Origin: Epiperipatus broadwayi
Taxonomy: Eukaryota; Animalia; Onychophora
NCBI GenBank assembly: GCA_028023455.1
Contig: JAQFVV010000002.1
Span: 26,536,001-26,600,000, forward strand
Reading direction: 5' to 3'
Length of the DNA stretch: 64,000 bases
The notes below the pieces were generated by a model. It was not told the origin of the DNA, did no database searches, and worked only from the letters and a program-made list of their open reading frames with translations. How positions within the stretch are numbered: position 1 is the first letter of the stretch; every line of letters begins with the position of its first letter. A program made the position numbers and the translations under genes. Below are positions 41,245-54,000 of the stretch, piece by piece.

Positions 41245-42240
41245 TATATGGATTTGGCAATGCAATGGGAAAGATAAAGTTATAATAATTCAAAAGTAAT
41301 GTCCATTGAGCACTGATTAAATTGTTTGAAAGACAACATTTTTTTTTATTTTAAAATTTCCATTTAACAAAGTTAATGTTTTTTTTATTATTATTATTAA
41401 ATATCCAAATAACTACTAATTGTGATTTGGCAATGTTTTTTAGTATTCAAAATTTTTTATTTTCTATAAATTCTTTCAATTTTTATTAAATTACTATTCA
41501 TATAGTCCACTAAATTTGCATGGTTTTTTAATGTTTAAAATTGGAAGCATTTTTTTTAAAATAAGAAATTTAAATACAAGTCTTTTATCTTGTTTATTTA
41601 AAATTAAAAATATATATATTTTTGAGTGTATTAAATGTTAGCAGAAGTTTATTTTACTTGGATGTATTTTTATTATGTCTTTATTTGTTTGCAATCGAGT
41701 TTTTTTCTTTGACTTTAACATTGTCAGTTTATCATTAACTATTTCTTATTAAATCTTAATTTTGGATTCAGTTTCTATAATTTCTGTATATACATTATAA
41801 TGGAATCTGTTAAAAAATAAATTAATTGGTTCCAGAATGTCATTTGTTATACTGTAGTTTACATCGGAAGATATGTAGTCAGAGGTAATCTTCCATTTCA
41901 GTTCTTTTTCTGAACTTGGTGACTTTTATTTTGCTGATAATGAACTCCTTTGCAGAAACAATACTTACATTAGATAGAGAATAGAATTTTCTTTTTAAAA
42001 TAATAGTTTAACTATTTCACAAATATTTGCTGGCTAATACTATCACTTGCCAACTGTTATTGATTAATCTGCAGGTAGCTAGAGGAAGAGTTTCCATTAG
42101 TTTCATAATTTTATAATGTAAAGTGCCCATCTTATTCCGAATTTAAATTACTGATCATTTTATAGTTTTCTTTTTTTTTAGAAATTGATCAACTTTTGAT
42201 CCCTTTTCTGACATATAATTAAAATTTATATATATTTTTT

Positions 42241-42313
42241 CCATATGTCAAATGCATTGATCGGGAAGCGAACCCGGGCCAGCTGCTTGGAAGGCAGCTA
42301 TGCTAGCCACTGA
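42241..42313 (-). mobile_element. 5'-truncated tRNA-Gly(TCC) retrocopy
   Basis: Minus strand tcagtggctagcatagctgccttccaagcagctggcccgggttcgcttcccgatcaatgca-tttgacatatgg, followed by an A run. Confidence 0.8.
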
Positions 42314-42699
42314 AATTCAAAAAACAAAAACTAAATAAAATTGAAGAAATTGCAAAAGAACAATTAAATGGGAAAAAAATTGTAAAATATAATAATGATG
42401 GTTATTTAATTATTATTCTTCCTATCAAGATTAGCAGCCATTTTTTTTATTTATACAGTTTCATGGGCCTACAATAAATATTTAAAACAAATTGGTTGAC
42501 AAGAAGCTGTCGTATTTAATATTTACAGTTTTATTTATTACTGTTATTTTAAAAAAGGAAAAATATCTGCAAAAATTAATTATAATATTTCCACTTTATT
42601 TATTTTTGTATTAAGTTAACTTATTAACATAAAATTAAAAGAAATTACATAAACTTTAAGATTGCAACTTATTAATTAATCATTATTAATTATTAATAA

Positions 42700-43530
42700 A
42701 TAAATATATAAAAGCAACTTATTAATGATGTCTGATGCTTTATTCAAATCTAAGTCATTGTGAAAAGTATTATGTATGACATTGCTATTTAAGCAAGTAG
42801 TGTTTGTTGTAACATTTTTTAAAATTCAACCAATGACATTTGTTGATTTAGTGATTCCATATTTAACTCTTCTACAATTTTATTGGAGTATTATTTTGTT
42901 TTTGTTTTTTTAATATTAAGCACTAATTAACTTTAAATGCTATTTTTATGGCATATAGCTAAAATTATTATAGTATACACATTTAGAAGAATACTTGTAA
43001 AGAAAAATGTGCACAACATTGTCACTGTTAAAGATTAAAAAAAAGGTATATGAATTAAATAAATAAGTTTTAAATGACCACCATTTTGTAAAAACATTTG
43101 TTTTGAATTTTTTTTTACTTCAATTTTGTTTTGAATTTATTTTAACTTCAAACATTAATCAGTTTTAAATTCTACTTTATTATCACATAGCTAAATTATT
43201 ACTATATATATGCATTTAGAAGCCTACTTTAAAAGATAAATATGCACAATAGTTTTACCTCAAACGATAAACAGTAAATGAATTAAATTGATAATTAAGT
43301 TTAGATGTCAGCGATTTTTCAAAGACTTTCATTTTAATTTTAATTTTTTACTTAAATTTCATTTTAATTTTTTTTTTTTTAACATTAAAGATTAAATTTC
43401 AAATTTTATTTCTATGGCACGCAGCTAAAATTATTACAATATATATATCTAGGAGAAAATTTACAGGAGAAATATATACAGTAAAAGTTTTTAACTAGAA
43501 ATAGAGAGAAATGAATTAATAATGAAGTTT
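42700..43530 (+). repeat. Dispersed repeat with three ~200-240-bp tandem subunits (copy 2)
   Basis: Subunits at ~42930, ~43150 and ~43380 share catagctaaa(a)ttatt...atatgca. Homologous to 5940-6490. Confidence 0.6.
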
Positions 43531-44149
43531 TATGTGGCGAAATTACCTGCTATTCTAGTGTTCAATGTATATTGTATATTAGTGGTATATATAATTTAGT
43601 GGTATATGTTCATTTTATTAGTTTATTCACTGTATATTTATTATGACTTTTTGGTCATATGGGTGCCTATATAGATTTAAAAAGGAAAGAAATACAACCA
43701 AAAGAATTTGTCAAGGTTTAGGCAAAGTCAAAAATAAAATTATATTTGTTTACACTTAAACTTTGTATCAGGAATTTTCTTTTTATACTGTACTTGATTA
43801 TTTAAAAAAAGCAAATTGTTTTGAATATTTTTTTAAGTGTGAGTTGTCTTTTTTTAATAAACTCTGATCTTAATTAAAATTAAATAATGTGTGAACAACT
43901 TTGTATTAACAGATAACATGGATTATTGAATGAACTTATTTTTGTAAAAAATATTTGGAGAAAAATACCTTCTATTTGACAATGCATTTTTCAAAAGAAC
44001 TCATAAAAGACAGAAAAAAGTAAATTATTTCAATGCTTTTCAGTTAAGAGGGAATTACTTTTAACTAATATTAATGATTGTCAATTAAAATTAAGATAGA
44101 GGACAGCTATTATGCTATTGCAAGGGCAAGAGAAACCCAAAAAACTTGA

Positions 44150-44580
44150 ATTTGTGTGATATAGAAAGCATTCAAGCTGCAAATCTAAAAAAGTAAAAGC
44201 TTTCCTAGGATTATTTAATTACTTTGAATGATTTGTAAAAGAAAAAGCATATATAGCTTACTTATTTTATATTCCTTTAACAAAAAAGACAAGGATGGAT
44301 CTGTGAAGCAGAATGAGAAGAAAAGTTTGAGAGGACAAAGGATTAGCTGATATCAAATAAACTCTTATCTTTCTACAATAATGATTTGAAAGTAATATTA
44401 ATAACTATGCTTCTGATTTGAAGTGGCAACAAATTCCTCATATGAAGGTAAAAAAACAACATATGCATCGAGAACATTATTAAAACATGAGTCAAATTAA
44501 AATCATCTCAACCAGAAAGCATTACATTATATTTGGATTGAAAAAGTTCCACTAATACTTGTTGATAGCATTTTAAAATC
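44150..44580 (+). pseudogene. Gypsy RT-connection/RNase H relic
   Basis: Frameshifted KVKAFLGLFNYF..FV...ASD...YASRTLLKHE..Y...EK...IIFGLKKFH.YL. Confidence 0.7.
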
Positions 44581-44877
44581 TAAGTCAGATTTTTTAAAAC
44601 ATGGTTAGGAATCATTATAAAATCCAGACCAATACCCACATATTTAAATTCACTTCTGTTGTACTGGAAATGATCATATTCTGAAATGTAGAAAAGGAAA
44701 ACAGGTTTAAGATATAGACACATTGGAATTCCTGACAAGGTAGAGAGAAGAAAAATGCTATCTATAAATTACATTAAAACCCCACACTAATAAATGCTGA
44801 AAAGCAAAAGTCACCTCTTGGGAAAAAGTTGATCTTGGATGTAAATTGTTAGTAGATTGGATAAGCAATGTTTATAC

Positions 44878-45394
44878 CAGTGGTCTTCAACCTTTTCACA
44901 CCCGCGGACGGTAAAAGTAAGGATAAGGTTTCTCAGCCCAGCAAAAATAAGAATAAGGTTTCACGGACTGGCAGAAGTCTATAGATAATTTTTCTTAAAG
45001 ATGTAAACTGCTTAGCTTTAGATGAGCATAATTGTTATAACTGATCAAAACAACAATGTTAAATATACATGAGGTAGTTATATAATATGGAGTTTGTATA
45101 ATAAAAAACTTTGTTTTTTTTTTTTTAATTTTGAATTTTTTTAAAAAAGTAATAAAAAATTTAATTCTACCCCCCCCCCCCCCATAAACATCTGTGATAA
45201 CTGAAAAAACAAATTGATTTATGTATGATTGATTAGATTTTGTTTTCGTTCTGTTTCTTTTTTTTTAATTGGGTAAAAATGAGATTAAAAAAAAAAAATT
45301 ATATTAATTAAAAGTTTAAACTCTTATTATTTTGTTATTACAAACTTTTCTGTGGCCCGGCACCGGTCCGTGGACCAAGGGTTGAAGACCACTG
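44878..45394. mobile_element. hAT (Charlie-type) MITE, 517 bp
   Basis: Perfect 15-bp TIRs cagtggtcttcaacc / ggttgaagaccactg and a perfect 8-bp TSD gtttatac (44870-44877, 45395-45402). Confidence 0.93.
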
Positions 45395-46261
45395 GTTTAT
45401 ACAATGAAATTCATGATAATTATAAACTGCTGATATATATAAACTCATTATTATTTTTATTTATTTATGCATATACAAATTGCAACATTAAAGTCCCTTA
45501 TGTTACTCTTTTAATATATTTCTTAAGAAATATGTAGTAGTGACATCTGTTTTCCACAGCTGTTTTAAGATTAGATAAGGACCAAGACTTCTTAAGCAAT
45601 GCCTGTGTTAGTAGGTTTTAAATATTCTGCAATCAATAAACCATTGACAGGCTATAGCTTGATGGCTTGGGTTTAGAATTTTAAAAACATTTTGCAGAGA
45701 AAGTAGTTATCAAAAACTTCAATATTTCAAAATGTTTTGGACAATATTTTATTCCACAATTATTCTTTATATTTGAATGTACAGTATTATTTAGGCAAAT
45801 TTATATTTTTCTAACACTTTTTAATTAATGCAATATTGTATTTGGAATTTTCATTTATCATTAATATAGATGTTTCAAAATATATTTAATGCATTTTTTG
45901 TATAAACTTATAATGTAATAGATTTCATACTGTCACGCAAACCAATGAGTCACTGAATGGAGTTTTTGTCCAGGTAATGAGTTTATAAGTTAAATCAACT
46001 AGTATAAAATATTAGCCAGAAAATATGATACTAGCCAGAAAATATGTATCTAAGTGCTTTTAGTTGTAGAATAAAAATCCGTTAATAACTTAAACTGTTA
46101 AGATGAGAGTCGCTGTACTGACCATAAAAGAAAAAATAGTTATAATGTTACAACCTTGACTATTGGGGAATAAAGTATCAATTACCTACATGTGCTGAAT
46201 GAAAAAATGTATTTACTTTTTTATATGTCAAGATTTTATTCTGATTACATTTTTTACTATA

Positions 46262-47157
46262 CACGAAGAGGGACCCAAAAGTAACCAGAATTGTTCTCTG
46301 GTTTATGCACATGTTGTAGTACATGCTTCATCTATTACATCTTGCAGAGGCCGTTCTGTGTCAATCTGCCAAATGACATCACTGTGTGAAATCATGGGGC
46401 CACGGAACACATTGTTTTGTAAAGTGCACATTGAATTTTTGTTAATTTTTTTTATAATAGCTGAAAAGATCGACAATGTGAAATTTTGTTTTCATTTACA
46501 AACAACAACAAAGAAAAAAGTTGTAATGGTTGAAACAGATTACAAGAAAACTGATCTCATAAAAAGCACAAGTTTGAGTGGTTTAACTGAAATGTTAAAT
46601 TTATCACAGTCCTAAAAAGCATCACAATTGAAGTCCAAAATCAAAATAATGCCAGTGTGTGTGTGTGTGATATAAATGGTATTTCCCTCTCAAATTTAAT
46701 TTGTAATGGTTAGGCATTTTATCTGCAAGTTTTGAAACATTTCCATGGCACGGTAAAATGTAAATATCATGTTTTGTGACAAAGAAAAGAGTGCAAGTGT
46801 CACCCCTACAAAGTTGATTTTTTAGAACCTTGAATGTGAAACACTTTTTAATTAAATTCAGCATGATCCAGTTTATCTATCACCATATTCACTTAAACTC
46901 ACTTCTTGCAGATTTTTTTAATCTCTCGAATAAAAAAAAGTCTTTTCTTTTTTTGCGGACTTAGAAATGGTAGAAAAAATGACAGATACATTAAAAGGCA
47001 TCCTTTTTTCAAGTACTTCCAGACTACTTTGAAAAATGAAAAACATATTTGGAGTGGTATATTGCATCAAATGGATAATCATTTGAAAGTGATTAAGTTT
47101 ATAACTAATAAGCAATCTTTTATTATAAAATTCTGGTTATTTTTGGGTACCCCTGTG
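46262..47157 (+). mobile_element. Internally deleted mariner element
   Basis: TIRs cacgaagagggacccaaaagtaaccagaatt / aattctggttatttttgggtacccctgtg with TA TSD. Remnants SPYSLKL (PYSPDL), FLISRIKK and EMVEKMTDTLKGI. Confidence 0.85.
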
Positions 47158-48332
47158 TATACTGCTTATTTTGAGAATGATTTCTATTTGCTGAACTTAA
47201 TGTAGCATTTTATAATCAATATCTTACAGGTATGTAATAGAAGTAATGATTAGTATGTGCTCACATGACAATTTAGTGCGACAGTTCATAATGTTTGAAA
47301 ATCATTCATTAACTTTAGTCTTATAAAAAAATGTAGAAGTCAGGAGAAGCTTCATAGGGAAGCATGTCAAATTTCTAGTGATTTTATGTTGGTCAAAGCA
47401 TCACCTTAAATTCAATATTCATGAATTTATAAGTCGAAGTTTGATTCCTGTGTTAGCACTGTCACTAGCCAGGCTAGCAATACCCAAAGAAAAGAGAAAA
47501 CTATCATTTGAAATGTTGGGTTATACTAACTTGTGAGCCATTATTAAAAGCTGAATATATTTGAAAAGTTTATATAAAGCATGCATGAATTTTGACTAAT
47601 TGAATGTGAAAAGTAGAGAATGATTCTTTTTATTTTCATTTGAAATAAAAGTCAGAAAATAGTTGTGAATCAAACAGGAAATAGCTGTATCTTCATTTCC
47701 AGGTCATGAATGAATGGAAGAACTATGTGCATGTTTGTTTTTCTTTAATTAAAAAAATAAAAACATCCTTTCTAAAATATATATATTGTACCCTCCTCCC
47801 CCGTCGCCTCTCTCCATAAAATTGATATTATACTTAAATTCCGGGTTCTCTCTCTAGCTCAGTCTTAACAAAATGAATGAAATTAATTATTATCAAAATG
47901 ATTACTACTAGCTCTAAACTTTAAAATATAAATACAGTTATATTATTAAAAATTTATTATTTTCATGGAGCGACGACACGGGGAGCGAGACAGACTACAT
48001 TGAGATATATCCACATGATACTATCCCAATGGCATAAGAACACTATACTAAATAATCAACTTATGGTATTCCTATGACTTTCCAAGCTCTTTTTATAACG
48101 ATTAAGATAATAATCATATCTTATTATTCTTTGTAATAATAATCTAGCTCAATTAAATAATTTAAGTAAATAAATGAAATAAAATCAAATCAAATAAATC
48201 TCAGGTTCATAAATTGCATTTAAACTGATTTAAATTACGGTAGTAGACTGCGTTAAACATATTGTATCTCGTAAGGTAATAATTATACGATCTGGGTTAA
48301 CATTCTCATTAAGAAGAAGATATTTTCCGATT

Positions 48333-48346
48333 GCCACCAGATGGCG
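48333..48346 (+). promoter_or_regulatory. CTCF-consensus-like motif in the LINE 5'UTR
   Basis: gccaccagatggcg matches the CCASYAGRKGGC core. Confidence 0.4.
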
Positions 48347-48473
48347 ATAAGTGTTCAGCATCACAGTGCATCAAGAGTTACAAAAATTCAAGAAATTTCA
48401 AGTTTAAGGGGAGTTGGAGTGGAGAATCCAACACGAAACAGTTGGTAAGTGCTTTTACAATTAATTTCTAAGC

Positions 48474-50999
48474 ATGGATGGGCATAAAAACCCTAAATCT
48501 GCCATTGGCAAGCTATTATCTGAAACCGTTATTAGTCCTATATCGACCGATAACGGTGAAAACAATCATTCTGATGTAATTTCCAAATCGTTATCAAACG
48601 CTAATGAAAACCAAATAATCAATAAAAAACCTACTAAAACATGTAAATACAATCCTAGTAACAATCTACATAAAGCTACAGAGAAATCTGATTTTAAAAA
48701 AGCCAATACTTACATTGAAACTAACGTAAATACTGGAGAATTTCTTAAAAATCCGCAAGAGGCTGATAAAAGCTTTTTACATGAAGACTCTTTTAACCAT
48801 AAGAAACTTATTTCAAATCCTAGAGCAATTCAAACAACAGTATTAGATTCAGAACAAAAAAATCATAATCATCAGGGTAAAACACAACTTTTAGAAGTGT
48901 CAGGAAGTAAGGAGATAAAAACTTTAAATGTTAGGGATAAAAGTTTTAAAAAAACGCAAGAGGGCGCAAAACCAAAAAATAACGTAAATTATAAAGATAT
49001 TTACAACGGACCTTCTACTAAAGAAAATAAATGTTCTAACCAAATTGAAATAACTGATTTACATCAAGCAAATCATAATATTACAAAATATAAAAGTACA
49101 AATCAAAATATACACAGCAACAGTAGAAATGAAATCGAAATATTTGAAAATCAAACAGTTAATTTCACTGTTAAAAAGCGATTTGATTGTAATGAACGTT
49201 GTACTGATGAAACAGAAAGTAATTTCAAAACACCCGAAACACACTTTACACATCATAATTTAAGTAAAGATAAGAATAGAAACCAAAACTCATCCAGTTT
49301 CCAAAGATCATATGCAGAAGCAGTTCAAAATATGAATGCTATTCCGATGCAGTCTGAAATGAATATCAAACAAGACGGTAGCTCATTCCTTAGTTATATA
49401 GATTTTGATACTGATGAAGCAACACAAAATACAAGCAACCTTCAGAATTCAAACATAACTCAAGATAATGATGAAGCATATCAAAATATTCATATAAAAT
49501 TTAACAACTCTATTCCTGAAAAATTACTTAAATCGTTTGCTAACTACACAAACGATAAAACGCTTATTTTAACAACCACTGACCAGAGTGGTAATTTTTT
49601 CAAATTCCCTCTGGAAAAATTCTCCAAAATGATAATAGAGAAAAAAATAGAAATGGGTATCAACAGAATTCTCTCACATCCCAATGACAGATATATTATC
49701 ACTGAATTTAAGACATGGGGTGATAGAAACACATTCAGAAATACAATTAAAATACTTGATGATAAATACATCATCACCATCGATAACAATAGACCCACCA
49801 CTCTTCAGGGAATCATCAAAGACTGTTTACTAAATTTTGACCATGCCGAACTTCAATCCATCTTAGAAAACTATGGTAAAATAAGCAATTTTCAATACTG
49901 GTTTAATCCGTATACAAAAAACCACATTGAATCAAACACAGCCTCATTCACTATTACCTTAAATAAGGGGATAAACTCCACAGACATCCCAACAGTTGTT
50001 CGTTCGCGTGGATCCCCTATGGTACTCTCACTTCGCGGAGTCCCACCCCAGTGCTTTCACTGCTTTGAACGCACACACTTAATTAAAGACTGCTTGGCCC
50101 GGATCTGTAAAACCTGCGGAATCATGAAGAACAAAACACATAAATGCAACAAAAAAACAGAACCAGAAAAAACCTCCAACAGGATTATCACAGCTAATTT
50201 AATTCAACTTGACTCTCTACACACTGAGAACACCTTTTCCAACAAGATACTACATAACACAGAAACAAATCAAAATTCATCCTTAACAAAAACACTTCAA
50301 CCAAGCTCAGAATCCAAAACCACTAACTGTGTTACTGACATTCAAATGCCTCAAATCCTCAAATCACCAGAACTGGCTCATCCTGATACCAAATCAACCC
50401 AGATGCAACACAACACCACTATTACCTCACCCTCTTTAATTGGTTCAAAGACAACCGACACCAACAAACCAGATCACAATCCTCATGAACATGCACAAAG
50501 AGTCTATGATGAAATAGACAGTGTATCAACATATGAGTTCAGTGATTCAAGTGAAGAAACTGACATTGAATCAGATGAGACTATGATAAATCATCAACCT
50601 ACTAACATAGATTTTTCCAAAACTCAACATCAAGAGACAAATGAGAAAAGACAAAAAAGAAAAAGAGAAAAGAAAAAACATACACACTCCAGTGGACCTA
50701 GTTCTGATGATGATATACAAAACAAATCCCAAAACTCAAAAGCAACTCTACCTATAAATCCTACAACTTCAAAAGACAAATCCAACAAAAGAAGAAAGGG
50801 TGGCACTTTATTGCCAACCAAAAATATGCAACTGACTAATGAGCAAGAACTTTCAATAAATGAGAATATATCTAAAGATGTCAAAGCCCAAGCAAACACT
50901 CGACATAATGATGTAGAAGTTATTCTACCGGAAACCATTGACTTCGGTCAGTCAGTAGACTCTCCTGTGGACTGGTCACCTACTCCAGGAGACACATAA
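48474..50999 (+). CDS. LINE ORF1p, gag-like nucleic-acid-binding protein (841 aa)
   Basis: RRM-like region ending IPTVVRSRGSPMVLSLRGVPPQ, then CFHCFERTHLIKDC (CX2CX4HX4C) and a second C/H knuckle. Long N/K/S/T-rich flanks. Confidence 0.92.
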   Translation: MDGHKNPKSAIGKLLSETVISPISTDNGENNHSDVISKSLSNANENQIINKKPTKTCKYNPSNNLHKATEKSDFKKANTYIETNVNTGEFLKNPQEADKSFLHEDSFNHKKLISNPRAIQTTVLDSEQKNHNHQGKTQLLEVSGSKEIKTLNVRDKSFKKTQEGAKPKNNVNYKDIYNGPSTKENKCSNQIEITDLHQANHNITKYKSTNQNIHSNSRNEIEIFENQTVNFTVKKRFDCNERCTDETESNFKTPETHFTHHNLSKDKNRNQNSSSFQRSYAEAVQNMNAIPMQSEMNIKQDGSSFLSYIDFDTDEATQNTSNLQNSNITQDNDEAYQNIHIKFNNSIPEKLLKSFANYTNDKTLILTTTDQSGNFFKFPLEKFSKMIIEKKIEMGINRILSHPNDRYIITEFKTWGDRNTFRNTIKILDDKYIITIDNNRPTTLQGIIKDCLLNFDHAELQSILENYGKISNFQYWFNPYTKNHIESNTASFTITLNKGINSTDIPTVVRSRGSPMVLSLRGVPPQCFHCFERTHLIKDCLARICKTCGIMKNKTHKCNKKTEPEKTSNRIITANLIQLDSLHTENTFSNKILHNTETNQNSSLTKTLQPSSESKTTNCVTDIQMPQILKSPELAHPDTKSTQMQHNTTITSPSLIGSKTTDTNKPDHNPHEHAQRVYDEIDSVSTYEFSDSSEETDIESDETMINHQPTNIDFSKTQHQETNEKRQKRKREKKKHTHSSGPSSDDDIQNKSQNSKATLPINPTTSKDKSNKRRKGGTLLPTKNMQLTNEQELSINENISKDVKAQANTRHNDVEVILPETIDFGQSVDSPVDWSPTPGDT

Positions 51000-51085
51000 C
51001 AACTCGTAGCTAATTCAACTGTTGAATTGTACAATGAATTCACCGACACATCTTTCTACCTGAAAATTTTAAAAAACCAATTATA

Positions 51086-54000
51086 ATGTATCTTAAAATT
51101 GTTGGTACCAATGTGAGAGGCCTAAACTCTCTACAACGTATATATGCCATAAGACAGTGGTTGAATATTCACACACCCCACATCTTCTTTATGGCCGAAA
51201 CTAAATTCCACATAAAATCAAACTTACAAATCACTCAGATTTTAGAAAACTTTGGTTACACTAAATTCTCCATTGCCACCACTGCTTCCGGAGGGGTAGG
51301 TTTCATCATTAACAAAAATAAACCACCTAATGATTTCAACATTTTATATTTAGATGGTAACATAGTCATAATCAAAGTTAACTACAGTGGCTTCATCTTC
51401 AACATCCTGTTCATTTATATTCAAAACACAGTCAATAATTTTCATCACATCATACATACAATAAATATGGTACTATACTCCAACTCATCACCGACACTTC
51501 TCCTAGGTGACTTCAATGTGAACTATGCCCACTTCAACAATAAATACTTACACCTAATCAATAAAACTCTCATGTGTGGTGAGGGATTTCTGCCCCCGGG
51601 ATCCTTCTCCTTCTACACACAAAGCTGTAAAAGTCTCATAGATCTTTTCTACTATTCACCAGAATTGCACTTCCAAATTGAAGCACAGCTTCAACTGGTA
51701 ACATACTCAGACCACCTCGCACAAATTATTAAACTTCTTCCTGACAAGACACTTTACACTGGAGAATACAGTCGCCAAACTCTCCGCATGATAACCCGCA
51801 CAACAGCGACTGAAGCTATCATCTCAGAGTCCTACATTTACTTCAAAAAAATTGACATTCTATCACAACCCATTGAAGTTGCATGGTTTGCATTCATTGA
51901 AGTCATACAATCACTGATAAGTAACTACACACGAAAGCTGAAAGGTCCAGTTAAATTGCTTAATGATTTACAAAACATAAGCTCCAAACTTAAAGAAATT
52001 CCAAGTAACACAGACAACATTAAAGATATTATTTCCTTAAAATTGAAATACAAAACACAACAGGAAAAACTAGCAGAATACCTATCCATCAAGAGAGCAA
52101 AATTGTTCCTTGAATCTCAACATTGCTGGACCCGTGGTTACATTCGCTGGGCCCTTGGAACATCAAGAATAAAAAATACACCCTCAATAATTATTTCAAA
52201 TGGGGAATCCTGGATTGGTCAACAAATGTTGGAAGGCATTAAGCATCACTTCCAGGAAATTCTTCAAAAAGATCCTGAAACACCACTCACTATATGGAAA
52301 AATGAGGAAGTTCCAGACATGCATTGCATAACGGAATCCATGCTACAAAACAAAATCACATCCCTTAGGGATCGAATTCATCCTGGGCTTCATGGCATTC
52401 CACGCTTCATTCTAGCCCACCTCAGCAAATTTTCAATACCAATTATCCATAGAATGATAGACCACCTAACAGATGGAAACAAAATTATCCCCAATCTTTA
52501 CCCGATTGCCATGGTACCCTTTCTTAAGAAAAATAAGCCGCCATCGGAGCTCATGAGTCTTCGACCCATCTCAATGTCCCCTCTAATTATAAAAATCATT
52601 GAATCCACTATAAAAGATATCATTCAAGAAGGTATTCTCAAATACATTTCTCCATCCCAGTTCGCCAAAAAAGGCTCATCAACCACCCTAGCTATGGCCC
52701 AAGTTAAATCCCTAGTTGATCACTTAAGAACAAACAGGAAATCTAAACCAATTGCTGTTCAATTGGACATAGCTGCCGCATTTGATTCAGTCAGGATCAA
52801 CATCCTGCTTAAAACTCTGGCTGACTATGCGGTACCCAAGCCATACCTCCAAATCATAAGTAATCTTCTTAGAAACAGACACATATTGATATCCTTAGAT
52901 GGAAGAACCACTGACAGTTTCAAACCATCACATTCAATTCCACAAGGATCCCCACTTAGTGCGATTCTTTTCATTGCTTACATCAATCCACTCCTGTTAG
53001 ACATTCAAAGACAACTTCCAGGAGTCTACATTCCCAGACTAAAGAGGGAGATAGGAATCCTCGCATATATGGATGATGTCTTCATAGTCTTGCCATCACA
53101 AAAATATCTTGGTCATCTCAACAAAATTTTAAATGACTACACTCACCAATATAAACTTTCCTTCAATCTTCAAAAATCATCTGCATGGAGAATTGCTACA
53201 GGGAAGAAGATTACAACTAACTTCCTTGGACAACCACAGAACTTCCTAGGTATTCCCTTTCACAAACCACCTACTATCATCACATCACAAATACAAAATG
53301 AAATATTAAAATCTGCCAGCAAAATAACAACATCACTTGCTAAGGTTTACCTTTCACTTCATGGGAAGGTGGCCTTACTCAACATGGTCCTTTTCCCCAA
53401 AATTAATTATTACCTCCCAATTATTAAACCTACCAAAATCTTTGTCAGTAAAATTAACTCACTTTGCTCTAGGTTGTTCTGGGGTGGGAAAACTGTTGCC
53501 ATCAGTCTAGAAGGCATGCGCCGTCCCTGCTGGCTGAATGGTCTTTCACTCCACTCCCCCTATACATTTTTTCTCCAAAAAATCCACAATCTTATTCATA
53601 AATTAACCCTTATTTTTGACAACTTCCAAGTCTATATGCCAGTTGACCCTACCGACCGACCACCACCTCTCAAACAGGATTGGATATCATCCTTAACCTC
53701 TGCTTCTCAATGCCTTTACAACTGTCCTGCAACTGCTTATTCTTCCAAAATGAAATACTGGGATGCATATAATCTACAGCATCCTCAAACATATTCTCCT
53801 ATTTCCAGACTTAACTTATCCAACAAGAAAATCATATCACAGTTTAAATTTTGGAGCCTCGAAGCAAAATTCCTGGACTTCATAATTAAAATAAATCTTG
53901 ATGCCCTACCAACTAAATGGTTTTTGGTAAACAGAAGAGGATTCAATAACATTGACCCACTATGCCAACTCTGTGGCCGGGAATCAGAGACATTTGAGCA

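Noticed and set aside
41925-41970. CTGATAA...GAAAC and similar partial hammerhead-like strings (also ~18435 and ~32590)
   Set aside because: Stems II/III or the 3-8 pair are unsupported, so they were not counted.
48412-48450. gttgga...tccaac-ac-GAAAC in the LINE 5'UTR as a ribozyme
   Set aside because: No CUGANGA-like or 3-8-compensated core upstream and no stem I.
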